From Candidatus Yanofskybacteria bacterium (GTDB lineage: Bacteria; Patescibacteriota; Minisyncoccia; 2-02-FULL-40-12; IGHO2-01-FULL-4-A), in contig JACOZV010000002.1 in the NCBI GenBank assembly GCA_016181175.1, positions 64,115-128,114 on the forward strand: a stretch of DNA of 64,000 nt, read 5' to 3'. Within the stretch, counting starts at the first letter, position 1. The number at the start of each line of letters is the position of its first letter. Positions 49,730-58,900 of this stretch are shown piece after piece. Made by a program: the position numbers and the translations under genes. The notes below the pieces were generated by a model. That model worked only from the letters and a program-made list of their open reading frames with translations. It was not told the origin of the DNA and ran no database searches.

Positions 49730-51080
49730 GCTATTTAGAAAATTCAAACACATCTATATGATTGGCATAAAGGGCACGGGAATGTCTGCCTTGGCTGTAA
49801 ACTTCAAGCATATGGGTATCGAGGTTATCGGCTCTGATTGTGCCGAATCTTTTTTTACGGATAAATTGCTAAAACGCCAAAAAATAAAATTTTTATCACC
49901 TTTTTCTGCAAACAATATCCCAGACAATACTGATTTGGTCGTCGTCTCTACGGCATATAATAACAAAAATGTTGAAGTTAAAGAAGCGGAAAAGCGCAAG
50001 TTACCCATACTTATCTACCCTCAAGCAATCGGTCTTTTAACAAAACAATTGCCGTCGGTTGCCGTTTGTGGAAGCCACGGCAAAACAACGACTTCCGGAA
50101 CTTTGGGCTTCCTACTTAGCAAAACAGCCTATAGGCCAATTATAAATGTGGGTTCAATTGTGCCCCAATTGCTTAAATATAAAGCGTGCAGACCGAAGCT
50201 CCTGATTTTTGAAGCCGATGAGTATCAAAATAAGTTTGAATATTTTTATCCTCAAACCGTAATTCTTACAAATATTGATTACGACCATCCAGATTATTTC
50301 AAAACCCCGGCACATTACAAGTTGGCATTTAAAAATTTTATCAAAAGAATCCCCCGCACTGGCCTACTGATTTACTGCGCGGATGACAAAAATTGTCGTG
50401 ATGTCGCCCGCCTTGCCAAATGCAAAAAAATAAGCTACGGCTTCTCAGATCAGGCAGATTTTAAAATAAAAGTACTGGAAATATTATCCAACAGAATGGG
50501 GTTTGCGGTTAATGGCATCGGCCGGTTTGATTCTCAATTGATCGGCAACCACAACAGTTTGAATCTGACAGCGGCAATTGTCTGTGCCACTCATTTGGGT
50601 ATTAATAATAAAACAATAAAAAATGCCATTACAAATTTCACTGGCACAAAAAGACGGCTTGAGATTGTTAAAAAAATTAACATTAACGGGAATGCCTGCG
50701 TCGTGATTGATGATTACGGCCACCATCCAACTGAAATTAAAGCCACAATCGCCACGATTAAAACCGCCTACCCCGATAAAACTCTTTGGACTGTCTTTCA
50801 GCCACACACATTTTCAAGAACCGAAGCCTTGTTTGATAACTTTTCCAAGTGTTTTACCAAGTCCGACAAAACCGTCATACTTGATATATATGCATCCAAA
50901 CGTGAAACTGAAGGCAAAGTTAATTCACGAGACTTAGTTAAAAAAATAAATTCGTTGAATGTTGTTTATAAGCCAGATATTGTCACGGCTGTAAAATTCC
51001 TTAAAACCAAAATAAAAAACCCAAGCATTATCCTTACTCTCGGAGCAAGCAATGTTTGGGAATTAAGCAGTCTTTTATAA
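49728..51080 (+). CDS. murC: UDP-N-acetylmuramate--L-alanine ligase
   Basis: IGIKGTGMSALA, GSHGKTTT, EADEY, DDYGHHPTE, FQPHTFSRT. Confidence 0.95.
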   Translation: MLFRKFKHIYMIGIKGTGMSALAVNFKHMGIEVIGSDCAESFFTDKLLKRQKIKFLSPFSANNIPDNTDLVVVSTAYNNKNVEVKEAEKRKLPILIYPQAIGLLTKQLPSVAVCGSHGKTTTSGTLGFLLSKTAYRPIINVGSIVPQLLKYKACRPKLLIFEADEYQNKFEYFYPQTVILTNIDYDHPDYFKTPAHYKLAFKNFIKRIPRTGLLIYCADDKNCRDVARLAKCKKISYGFSDQADFKIKVLEILSNRMGFAVNGIGRFDSQLIGNHNSLNLTAAIVCATHLGINNKTIKNAITNFTGTKRRLEIVKKININGNACVVIDDYGHHPTEIKATIATIKTAYPDKTLWTVFQPHTFSRTEALFDNFSKCFTKSDKTVILDIYASKRETEGKVNSRDLVKKINSLNVVYKPDIVTAVKFLKTKIKNPSIILTLGASNVWELSSLL

Positions 51081-51082
51081 AT

Positions 51083-52180
51083 ATGCTATCTATTGGAATA
51101 GTCGGCCTTCCAAACGTGGGCAAAAGCACACTCTTTAAGGCGCTGACTAAAAAACAGGTTGACATACATAACTACCCTTTTACCACAATTGATCCAAACG
51201 TGGGTGTGGTTGGCGTACCCGATGAACGACTTGAATTATTGGCTAAAATGTCCCATTCAGCAAAAATCGTGCCGACAGCAATTGAGTTCATAGATATCGC
51301 CGGACTTGTAAAAGGCGCAGCTGCCGGAGAAGGCTTAGGCAACAAGTTCCTTGCCAATATACGCGAAGTAGACGCCATTGCCGAAGTGGTAAGGGTTTTT
51401 GAAGATGAAAAAATAACCCATGTTCACAAAAAAATAGATCCGACTAACGATATAGAAATTATAAATACCGAACTAATGCTTGCCGACTTGGAAACGGTCA
51501 ATAAGCGTCTGGACAAAACAAAAACAAACGCCCCTGAAACGGTTATTGAAACATCGGCTTTGCGAAAATTAAAATTAGGCCTGGAATCGGGAATATTGGC
51601 AGTAAATATCACGCTTGAAGATAAAGAAAAAGAAACAGCCCGCGAGCTAACTCTGCTGACAAACAAAAAATTTATTTATGTGCTTAATGCTTCTGAAAAA
51701 CAACTGAAGAACGGGTGGCAACCATCCTTCGTTAAAACTTCGGAGGGCAAGCCCGACGAAAAACTCAAAAAAGTAATAGGCGATAACGATTACGTGGTAT
51801 TGACCAGCACTTTTGAGTTATTGCTTTCAGAATCCGCACCTGAAGAACAAAAAATATTTTTAGAAGAAGTTGGGCTAAAAGAAAGCCGCCTGGATGAGTT
51901 GATTAAAAATGCCTACCACACTCTTGGATTAATTACTTTTTTAACAACCGGCGAAGATGAGACACGTGCCTGGACTTGCCAAGCCGGCACCGCGATACCA
52001 CAGGCGGCACGGGCAATCCATACCGACTTTGAGCAATTATTTATCCGAGCCGATGTAATAAACTGGCAAAATTTGCTTGCCGCAGGTTCATGGAGTAACG
52101 CACGCCAAACCGGTAAAATTCATACTGTCGGCAGGGATTACATTATTCAAGATGGCGATGTCGTAGAGATAAAAATCTGA
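51083..52180 (+). CDS. ychF: redox-regulated ATPase YchF
   Basis: [30 protein letters not shown]. Confidence 0.96.
   Translation: MLSIGIVGLPNVGKSTLFKALTKKQVDIHNYPFTTIDPNVGVVGVPDERLELLAKMSHSAKIVPTAIEFIDIAGLVKGAAAGEGLGNKFLANIREVDAIAEVVRVFEDEKITHVHKKIDPTNDIEIINTELMLADLETVNKRLDKTKTNAPETVIETSALRKLKLGLESGILAVNITLEDKEKETARELTLLTNKKFIYVLNASEKQLKNGWQPSFVKTSEGKPDEKLKKVIGDNDYVVLTSTFELLLSESAPEEQKIFLEEVGLKESRLDELIKNAYHTLGLITFLTTGEDETRAWTCQAGTAIPQAARAIHTDFEQLFIRADVINWQNLLAAGSWSNARQTGKIHTVGRDYIIQDGDVVEIKI
51722..51753. repeat. in-frame REP-like hairpin in ychF
   Basis: TCCTTCG-TTAAAACTT-CGGAGGG-CAAGCC; encodes [10 protein letters not shown]. Confidence 0.6.
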
Positions 52181-52264
52181 AACAATACCAAACTTTACGA
52201 ACCCCTCATCAAAATCATCCCCCGCTAGGGGGATTTTAATTAATAAAAAAGCCGATTATTTCGG

Positions 52265-52816
52265 CTAGATACTATTGGAACGATGGATGCGGTAACGATG
52301 TTCGCGCTCTGCCAGACCAAGAAATGGAAATTTGAGAGCTAGTTTATTATAAATTAAATTACGTGCTTGTTTAAATGTATCAGCACGTTCCCAGTTGGCC
52401 GTTTCTACAGTTATATCATCAATGCTATCTACAAAACTCATCAAGAAATATCGAGCCAGCATTATGACATTCGCTGCTCGAGTTGCCTCACAAAAAATCG
52501 TAATCCTAATAGTGTCTGGGAAGCCATGAAAATCCATATGCTCTGATGCTTTTTGAATATTTTTAAAAGTAGTGTAGGAATTTGTTTCGAGCATTACTAC
52601 TTCTAAACCGATTTTACTTTTAACATAATCGTGCATTAAATCAGCTTCAGAAACATTAGGAGAAGTTTTCTTTTGAGTATAACCACCACAGAAAACTATG
52701 GCATAAGGTTTATTTTTTTGAATAAATCTTACAATACGATCAAGATATGATCTTAATGGAGTATCTAAATGACAACCATAACCACAAATGACAACAACAT
52801 GCTTCTTTCCGGTCAT
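52265..52816 (-). CDS. DUF218/YdcF-like protein
   Basis: VVICGYG, IVFCGG, SEADLM, ETNSYTTFKN. Confidence 0.75.
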   Translation of the reverse strand: MTGKKHVVVICGYGCHLDTPLRSYLDRIVRFIQKNKPYAIVFCGGYTQKKTSPNVSEADLMHDYVKSKIGLEVVMLETNSYTTFKNIQKASEHMDFHGFPDTIRITIFCEATRAANVIMLARYFLMSFVDSIDDITVETANWERADTFKQARNLIYNKLALKFPFLGLAEREHRYRIHRSNSI

Positions 52817-52963
52817 TCTGGGCCTCCAATTGTGAAAAAACACTAACTAAATCATTATACGGTAATCTCCTAGATTTGTAAATAGCCATGCCATCAAATT
52901 TTTTATTTTTTGTTCCTGGAAATATAAGCGAGCTATAGTGCCTTTTGTAAATCAGCCAAGCGA

Positions 52964-53175
52964 AACCCCTGTCTAAGAAATCATTCATGGCAGGCTTTGG
53001 TAACAAATAAGGCGAGCGAGCAGCGGAAAGCCGAGACCGCAAACCCGTAAGCCCGGCCCTAAAGCGGGGTTAGTTTGCGCTTGCGCAAACTAAGGTTGAG
53101 GAAAGCTCGGAAGGATTCCGCGTTGCGAGCGAGTTATATTTGTCAAAGCCGAATGTTGATTTCGTGATAGGGGTT
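52964..53175. mobile_element. 212-bp foldback (MITE/REPIN-like) element
   Basis: Nested IRs AACCCCT..GAAATCA/TGATTTC..AGGGGTT and GGCTTTG..ACAAATA/TATTTGTCAAAGCC; internal TTAGTTTGCGC/GCGCAAACTAA. Confidence 0.6.
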
Positions 53176-53183
53176 GAGCGGGA

Positions 53184-54044
53184 TTAGATTTTTCCCACGG
53201 ACCCGAAGAGTTCCAGATATTTTTTAATCATTCTCTTCATCTCTTCATAAGATGGCTTGAGGTATTTATAGGGCGTGGTTTGGGTGGGTTCTTTTTCAAG
53301 TTCTTCATGCAGGGTGTCACGATAAGCTACGCGAAGTTCAGTGTTAATATGAACATTGGCGATGCCATTTTGTATCGCCATTTTTATTTCTTCAACAGGT
53401 AAACCAGAGGCGCCATGCAATACCAGCGGTACTTCTGGAACGACTTGAGTAATTTTTTTAAGATGTTCTATGTCCAAATGCTCTTCCTGCTCTGTAACAA
53501 TGCCGTGAATATTGCCAAAAACTACGGCTAGACGATCAACTCCAGTAAGTGTAACAAAATCCTGCGCTTGTTCGGGTTGTGTATAATCGAAAGGACTTAT
53601 TTCAATCGCGGTTTGTACTTCAGAGCTTCCCCGCAGATAGCCAAGCTCGCCCTCCACCGCAATTTCGGAATTGATTGATTTGGCGTATTCTTTAACTTTT
53701 TTAGTAAGCTCTATGTTTTCTTCAAGTTTCAGCTTGGATGCATCTATTAATACCGTATCGTAACCACTGTCAATGGCGGCTTTGGCAGTTTCCCAGCTTT
53801 TATGATGGTCAGAGTTCAAAAAAACCGCGTGGCCTTCTTTCTGATACGATTCCACTAAAGCCACAGCCTGTTCTCGTCCAATAAAATCAGCTTCGCCCTC
53901 TGAAGTTCCGACCATAATCGGTGATTTCATTTCCGTCGCTGCCTCAACAAACGCCTTAAGCTGATCCGCCGTGGAAAAATTAAAATGCCCCAGCGCCCAC
54001 TGGTCTGCCATTGCTTCTTGAAAATATTGTTTTAGAGTCTTCAT
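53184..54044 (-). CDS. fba: class II fructose-bisphosphate aldolase
   Basis: LNSDH, VEGELG, GNIHG, LVLHGASG, HINTE. Confidence 0.92.
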   Translation of the reverse strand: MKTLKQYFQEAMADQWALGHFNFSTADQLKAFVEAATEMKSPIMVGTSEGEADFIGREQAVALVESYQKEGHAVFLNSDHHKSWETAKAAIDSGYDTVLIDASKLKLEENIELTKKVKEYAKSINSEIAVEGELGYLRGSSEVQTAIEISPFDYTQPEQAQDFVTLTGVDRLAVVFGNIHGIVTEQEEHLDIEHLKKITQVVPEVPLVLHGASGLPVEEIKMAIQNGIANVHINTELRVAYRDTLHEELEKEPTQTTPYKYLKPSYEEMKRMIKKYLELFGSVGKI

Positions 54045-54097
54045 GTATTTTATATTGCTTACTCCTCAGGGCAAGTCCTTTGTTTTTCGTCATTCAT

Positions 54098-54211
54098 CCC
54101 GTTAGAAGTCGCTGCTATGCAGCTTTGCACACAAATTACAATTTACACAACAAAACTTTAAATTATTTGCTAGCTACGACCGCGAACCCGTCAGGGCGAC
54201 TTCTAACGGGA
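54098..54211. mobile_element. CCCGTTAG miniature element, copy 6
   Basis: Close homolog of copy 1; supplies the last codons (PLEVALTGSRS*) of CDS 54174-55460. Confidence 0.8.
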
Positions 54212-55460
54212 TAAATCCTTCTATTATATTTTTTTCTACCAACTCCTCAATCTTATCACGTCCTAGATATTCAATGAAAATTTTATTCCATAAAGCCTCC
54301 TGCTGGTGATAAAGATATTTTATCTCGCCTTTTTTGACCAATGACATCACCAAATCTATCAAGTCAAAACTTATCAATTCCTCATCTGTTTTACCACTAA
54401 TACCATCAGAAAAAAAGTCACCAACAAAATCTAATCCCTGCCAATAGCCAAATGCTTTGCCCCCAGCACCAAGAAATGTGCCAATTTTACCCAAATCTCC
54501 TTCGGCTTTATACCAATGTTCCGCTTCAGGGTTAAAATGCGGCTCCAAAAGACGAAAGTCATTTGGGTCATCTTTTGCCAGATATCTTTGCACTATTCGC
54601 AAACTATTTTCGTTCGGTAATGGCGCCTCACTTACATCACCGCGCAAAAGCGATTTTAATTTAATGGTAAAATCGGCCTCGCTGGAAAATTTCCTGAATA
54701 ATTTAGAATAAAATGGCACTTCGTTTAAATAGTGAAGAATAAGAGTGAAAAGTCTTAAGGTTTCACCGGGAGTATCAATTTTGAGTGGTATTACAAAAAT
54801 AATCCCCAATTCTTTGAGATGGCTAACGTTGTGATATTTTTTCTCCAGAAATTTTTCGGCAACATCTAACCATTGCGGCTCAAGGACCCTCAATTCCACT
54901 TCACGTTCTTCAAAATCACCGGCAGTTAATTCATTATATGCTTCATCAAAAAACTTATGCATCCAAGCCTCATCTTGAGCAAAACGGAGCGCGCTAAAAA
55001 CCTGCTCAAAACCCTGTTTCTTAACTAATTCAGCAACAGTCCCATAACCAAAATGGTTAAGAAGATTTTGCGGCGTAAACTTTTCGAGCATCTGGATTGC
55101 TTTTTCTTTTTTAATGAAGAACCCGGGTTTCGGCTTGTTGAGAGCAAAAGCTGTTTCGCAAATTTTTGCACAAACCAACGCGGTTTTTGAAAGATCTGGT
55201 TTACCCAAAAAATTATACAAGTGTTCATCCATGTGGGTTAGCCGTTTGATAAGAATATTATAAACATCCCCAGTACTGCATGAACCCAACGATAATCCCA
55301 ATTCTTCCAATGTTCTCCTGGTTAAAATCGTATTTTCCTCGGCTATTCGTTCCATAACACCACTTTTACCAGTCAGTTTATTCATCTTTTGCTCCAAATC
55401 TAAAAGCACCTCCGGTGGGGTACGTAATATGCGAGCAAGTTTTGTATGGACTTCTGACAT
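54174..55460 (-). CDS. conserved hypothetical protein in the sugar-phosphate gene block
   Basis: 428 aa; KYHNVSHLKELG, PHFNPEAEHW, YLYHQQEALWN; function unknown. Confidence 0.75.
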   Translation of the reverse strand: MSEVHTKLARILRTPPEVLLDLEQKMNKLTGKSGVMERIAEENTILTRRTLEELGLSLGSCSTGDVYNILIKRLTHMDEHLYNFLGKPDLSKTALVCAKICETAFALNKPKPGFFIKKEKAIQMLEKFTPQNLLNHFGYGTVAELVKKQGFEQVFSALRFAQDEAWMHKFFDEAYNELTAGDFEEREVELRVLEPQWLDVAEKFLEKKYHNVSHLKELGIIFVIPLKIDTPGETLRLFTLILHYLNEVPFYSKLFRKFSSEADFTIKLKSLLRGDVSEAPLPNENSLRIVQRYLAKDDPNDFRLLEPHFNPEAEHWYKAEGDLGKIGTFLGAGGKAFGYWQGLDFVGDFFSDGISGKTDEELISFDLIDLVMSLVKKGEIKYLYHQQEALWNKIFIEYLGRDKIEELVEKNIIEGFIPLEVALTGSRS

Positions 55461-55513
55461 GTGTTAATAATTCTTATTTTTCAACGTTTTTTTAGCATTT
55501 TTACTTTTAAAAC

Positions 55514-55543
55514 TTGACAAACACAAGGCAACTTTGCTATACT
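55514..55543 (+). promoter_or_regulatory. strong sigma70-type promoter facing a non-coding region
   Basis: TTGACA-18 bp-TATACT with TG extension. Confidence 0.75.
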
Positions 55544-55549
55544 TAAGGT

Positions 55550-56035
55550 AAGGCTTAGAGATGAAGAGGTGAGGTTGTGGGATAACCCTCAACCGACACC
55601 ATACTTTCGGTGTCACGTTAATTTCCCTCTGTCTATCTTTACACGTGTCTCCGGGCAGTAGGGATTTGAAACCGATCTCCATTTCTAAGCCCGGCTCTTT
55701 TACCAAATCTGCGAACACCGCCCCTACATTCCCGCCTTTGTTGCGGTGATCCAAGTAAGTCATTCGGGGAGGTTCGCATCAAGCTGGCAGTAGCTCATTT
55801 GGAAGTTTAAGTGTTGGGTGCACCCGATACTGCAGTTACTTTCAAGTAAAGTGCTGCCTGCAAGTTTCGGAGACCGATCCGGCGGGTTCTCGATTGTAAG
55901 GGCAACAGCTACCGGACGATCTTTGGGAAGCCCCGTTCCAGAGAAACCGACATAGAGGGGTGTTAAAACGGTCCTTGTCAGTTCCGCCTAGAGAACTGGC
56001 CGTAGCCTGGGGTAACGCACCCCAGGCTTTTTTAT
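55550..56035 (+). ncRNA. candidate large (~480 nt) structured ncRNA
   Basis: GC-rich multi-stem region between promoter and terminator; wobble pairs read as G-U on the + strand; no credible ORF. Confidence 0.65.
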
Positions 56036-56038
56036 TTT
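56004..56038 (+). terminator. intrinsic terminator
   Basis: AGCCTGGGGT-AACGC-ACCCCAGGCT followed by a T-tract. Confidence 0.85.
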
Positions 56039-56167
56039 AAAAAATTCTCTTCCAATTATTATTCCCAAGGCCCAAGGCCGTTTCTTTTAAATATCATAAA
56101 CTTGTTTCAAATTACTAGAAGCCGATACCAATCAGCAATTTTTATCACTTTTATAATTGCTAAGGAG

Positions 56168-56277
56168 AGGATGTTATTTACCGGCGTAGGCGGACACTTT
56201 TTGTGAAAAATCCCAGCAGGGTGGATTGAACAAAAAGAGTCCGCGTAGCCGGTAGGTAAAGTGTCTTACTACATCCT
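56168..56277. repeat. 110-bp foldback element
   Basis: AGGATGT..TTACCGGC GTAG GCGGAAC-like arm (GCGGAC.CTTTTTGT) paired with ACAAAAAG.GTCCGC GTA GCCGGTAG..ACATCCT. Confidence 0.6.
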
Positions 56278-56287
56278 TGAAACGAAT

Positions 56288-57271
56288 TTATGATATTTTT
56301 ATTTCAACCAACGGCCATGGGCCCCAATCATCTTTTTTAAGAATCCCCTCTTTGCTCCCCACTTTCGTAACAACCGATGACGAATTGGCCGTAGCAAACT
56401 GCATCGCCTTTTTGATGTCCCCGCTTCGCATATATTCTGCCACAAACCCAGAATTAAAAGCATCCCCCGCCCCCGTGCGTTCAACAACCGGCGAATCAGG
56501 CACTCCCGCACTATATGTAACACTACTTTTAAATACTTTGGAACCGTTATGTCCATCAGTCAGTATAATCATGCCGCAACAGGTCTTGGCCAACCTATTA
56601 AATGTTTCCGTTATATCATCGGGATTTGTGCCAACCAGTTGTGCGCCTTCTTCTTTATTGACTGCAAAAATATCAATATGTTTCAAAAACGGTTCTAATT
56701 TTTCAAAACCATGTTCTAGTTCTTTACCGCCAGGATTACAAGCAATTTTAATTTTATTTTTGACAGCATGATTAACTAAAGCACCAAAGAGGTCATAATG
56801 CCCGCCCAAAGAATCAATATAAAACCAGTCTGCCCTGAGCCTACTAAAGGGTATTTCCTTAACATTAAAATGCTGGCCCTCGCCTTTGTAACTTAGTATG
56901 GTGCGTTCTGCGTCAGGGTGGACAAGTATTGTTGAATAAGCGGTAAAACCATCGGCATGTTTTTGAAAAATTGGCCCAACTTTTTCTTTTTTTAATTCAG
57001 TCAAAATTTCCTCTCCTGCCATGTCGTTGCCTACAACGCCAACACAGGCAGTTTTTAATCCCTGTCTTCCAAAGGTAACCGCGGCATTAGTCCCGCCACC
57101 GCCAGTAGTAAAAATAATTTCTTTTACTTCGAGTTTGGAACCAAGCGAAAAACATTGTTCAACGCCAGTTGGAGAATCGGCATGTTTCCTCACCTCAACA
57201 TTTTCCATTTTCAGGAAAACATCGCGTGTGGCCGAACCTACCACTACAACATTATATTTAGAATTAAACAT
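56288..57271 (-). CDS. PfkB-family carbohydrate kinase
   Basis: GGGGTNAA, VNKEE, ERTGAGDAF. Confidence 0.92.
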   Translation of the reverse strand: MFNSKYNVVVVGSATRDVFLKMENVEVRKHADSPTGVEQCFSLGSKLEVKEIIFTTGGGGTNAAVTFGRQGLKTACVGVVGNDMAGEEILTELKKEKVGPIFQKHADGFTAYSTILVHPDAERTILSYKGEGQHFNVKEIPFSRLRADWFYIDSLGGHYDLFGALVNHAVKNKIKIACNPGGKELEHGFEKLEPFLKHIDIFAVNKEEGAQLVGTNPDDITETFNRLAKTCCGMIILTDGHNGSKVFKSSVTYSAGVPDSPVVERTGAGDAFNSGFVAEYMRSGDIKKAMQFATANSSSVVTKVGSKEGILKKDDWGPWPLVEIKIS

Positions 57272-57275
57272 TTTA

Positions 57276-57911
57276 TTATTTTGTTATTTCTTTTAGTTTT
57301 TTTATAGCTTCGGCTTGATCTTTGCCTTCCCAAATATAACTTCCCACCACAAACATATTCACACCCGCTTCAATCAATTTGGGTGCTGTTTCAGGCGTTA
57401 TTCCCCCGTCTACTTCAACTGTCTTGTCGGGATAATAAAAGTGAAAATCTTTAATTTTGTCTATCACAGTATCTACGAACTTGCCGCCATAGAATCCCGG
57501 CTCAACAGTCATAAAATGTACAAAATCAATTTGATCAATAAAAGGTTCGATTTTAGCAATTGGGGTTTGCGGATTTAGGGCAATGCCAATAGTTTTGTCT
57601 GCTTCCTTTACGGCATCAATGACTTCTTGAGACTTGTTTGTCGCTTCAATATGAAAAATGAACTTGTCAGCCGGAGTTTCAAGCCAACGCACTATGTGGT
57701 TTTCCGGTTTAGAGACCATAAGATGCACCTCAAATTTTAAATTAGTATCAAGCGACTCCATTTCTTCAAAACCTAGTATGGTCATGTTTGGAACAAAAAT
57801 GCCATCGGCAATATCAAGATGAACCCTTTCGGCATGTGCCTCCATCGCTGCAATTTTTTCCAGCAGTTCCTCCCTGTTTTTTACAAGAATTGCCGGTATG
57901 ATTTCAATCAT
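57276..57911 (-). CDS. rpe: ribulose-phosphate 3-epimerase
   Basis: HLDIADG.FVPN, EVHLMV, MTVEPGF.G, VDGGI. Confidence 0.95.
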   Translation of the reverse strand: MIEIIPAILVKNREELLEKIAAMEAHAERVHLDIADGIFVPNMTILGFEEMESLDTNLKFEVHLMVSKPENHIVRWLETPADKFIFHIEATNKSQEVIDAVKEADKTIGIALNPQTPIAKIEPFIDQIDFVHFMTVEPGFYGGKFVDTVIDKIKDFHFYYPDKTVEVDGGITPETAPKLIEAGVNMFVVGSYIWEGKDQAEAIKKLKEITK

Positions 57912-58900
57912 TTAACTAAATTAGGCGGCGTCCTGCCTTCCAACGCCTCTATTATATTGTCTGCTGCAAGTTTTGACATCTTATCGCGAGTTTCTTTGGT
58001 TGCTGAGGCAATGTGCGGCGTTAATATTACATTATCAAGTTCTTTAAGTTCAGACGTAATTTCAGGCTCATGTTCAAAAACGTCAATTGCGGCCCCGCGA
58101 ATCAAACCTTTCGACAAGCTTAGGGCAAGCGCTTTTTCATCAATTATTGGCCCGCGTGAAGTATTGATCAAATAAGCAGATTGTTTAATTTTTTTTAACC
58201 GCTCTTCGTTTATGAGGTGATGTGTTGAATCTAAAAGAGGTACGTGAATTGATACAAAATCGCATTGAGGCAAGAGGTCATCAACGCTAGCAACATAAAC
58301 CGCACCGTATTCTTTTTCAAAATCGGAATTCTGGTTAGGGTCATAGTATAAAACTTTCATGTCAAATCCCTTAACAGCATGGTGGGCAACGCGAGAACCG
58401 ATGCGGCCCAAACCAAGCACTCCAAGAGTTTTACCGGAAACATCTGTGCCAAGTAACAATTCCGGCCCCCAAGCACTATATTTACCGTCACGCGAAAACC
58501 TATCAGCTTCGGCAATACGGTGGGCAATTGCAAGCATTAATGCAAAAGTGTGTTCGGCGACAGTATCAGTCAATACACCGGGTGTGTTTGTTACCATAAT
58601 CCCTCGCTGTTTTGCGGCTTCAAGATCAATATTATCAAAACCGACCGCATAGTTGGCGATTATTTTTAGCGTGGGCAAGCCGACATCCATTACTTCGGCA
58701 GTAACCTGGTCGGTTAAAATTGAAAGTAAGGCATCAAAGGGTTTCCCTTCGCTCTGAGCTTGCCGAAAGGCGGCAACCATCTCTTCTTTGGTCGCCGCTC
58801 TTTCTCTTGCCGCTTCATTAACGACGATATCGTAACCCTTGTCACGTAGTGTTTTAAGGCCGACTTCCGGAATTGGTCTTGTTACAAAAATTTTTGCCAT
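57908..58900 (-). CDS. D-2-hydroxyacid dehydrogenase (glyoxylate/hydroxypyruvate reductase-like)
   Basis: AVGFDNID, NTPGVL, GLGRIG, INTSRG, DVFEHEP, TPHIAS. Confidence 0.92.
   Translation of the reverse strand: MAKIFVTRPIPEVGLKTLRDKGYDIVVNEAARERAATKEEMVAAFRQAQSEGKPFDALLSILTDQVTAEVMDVGLPTLKIIANYAVGFDNIDLEAAKQRGIMVTNTPGVLTDTVAEHTFALMLAIAHRIAEADRFSRDGKYSAWGPELLLGTDVSGKTLGVLGLGRIGSRVAHHAVKGFDMKVLYYDPNQNSDFEKEYGAVYVASVDDLLPQCDFVSIHVPLLDSTHHLINEERLKKIKQSAYLINTSRGPIIDEKALALSLSKGLIRGAAIDVFEHEPEITSELKELDNVILTPHIASATKETRDKMSKLAADNIIEALEGRTPPNLVK
58107..58129. repeat. in-frame REP-like element (CCTTCGACAAGCTCAGGG family)
   Basis: CCTTTCGACAAGCTTAGGGCAAG; encodes LALSLSKG. Confidence 0.6.
58745..58770. 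repeat. in-frame REP-like element (same family)
   Basis: Minus strand CCTTTCGGCAAGCTCAGAGCGAAGGG; encodes AFRQAQSEG. Confidence 0.55.

Noticed and set aside
52740-53042. 100-aa ORF
   Set aside because: Arises from the foldback element and overlaps the DUF218 gene out of frame
53098-53110. GAGGAAAGCTC resembling the RNase P GAGGAAAGUCC motif
   Set aside because: No downstream partner (ACAGAA..CGGCUUA) is present, and it lies inside a foldback element
55464-55763. 99-aa minus-strand ORF
   Set aside because: No motif or SD; overlaps the + strand promoter and structured RNA; likely spurious
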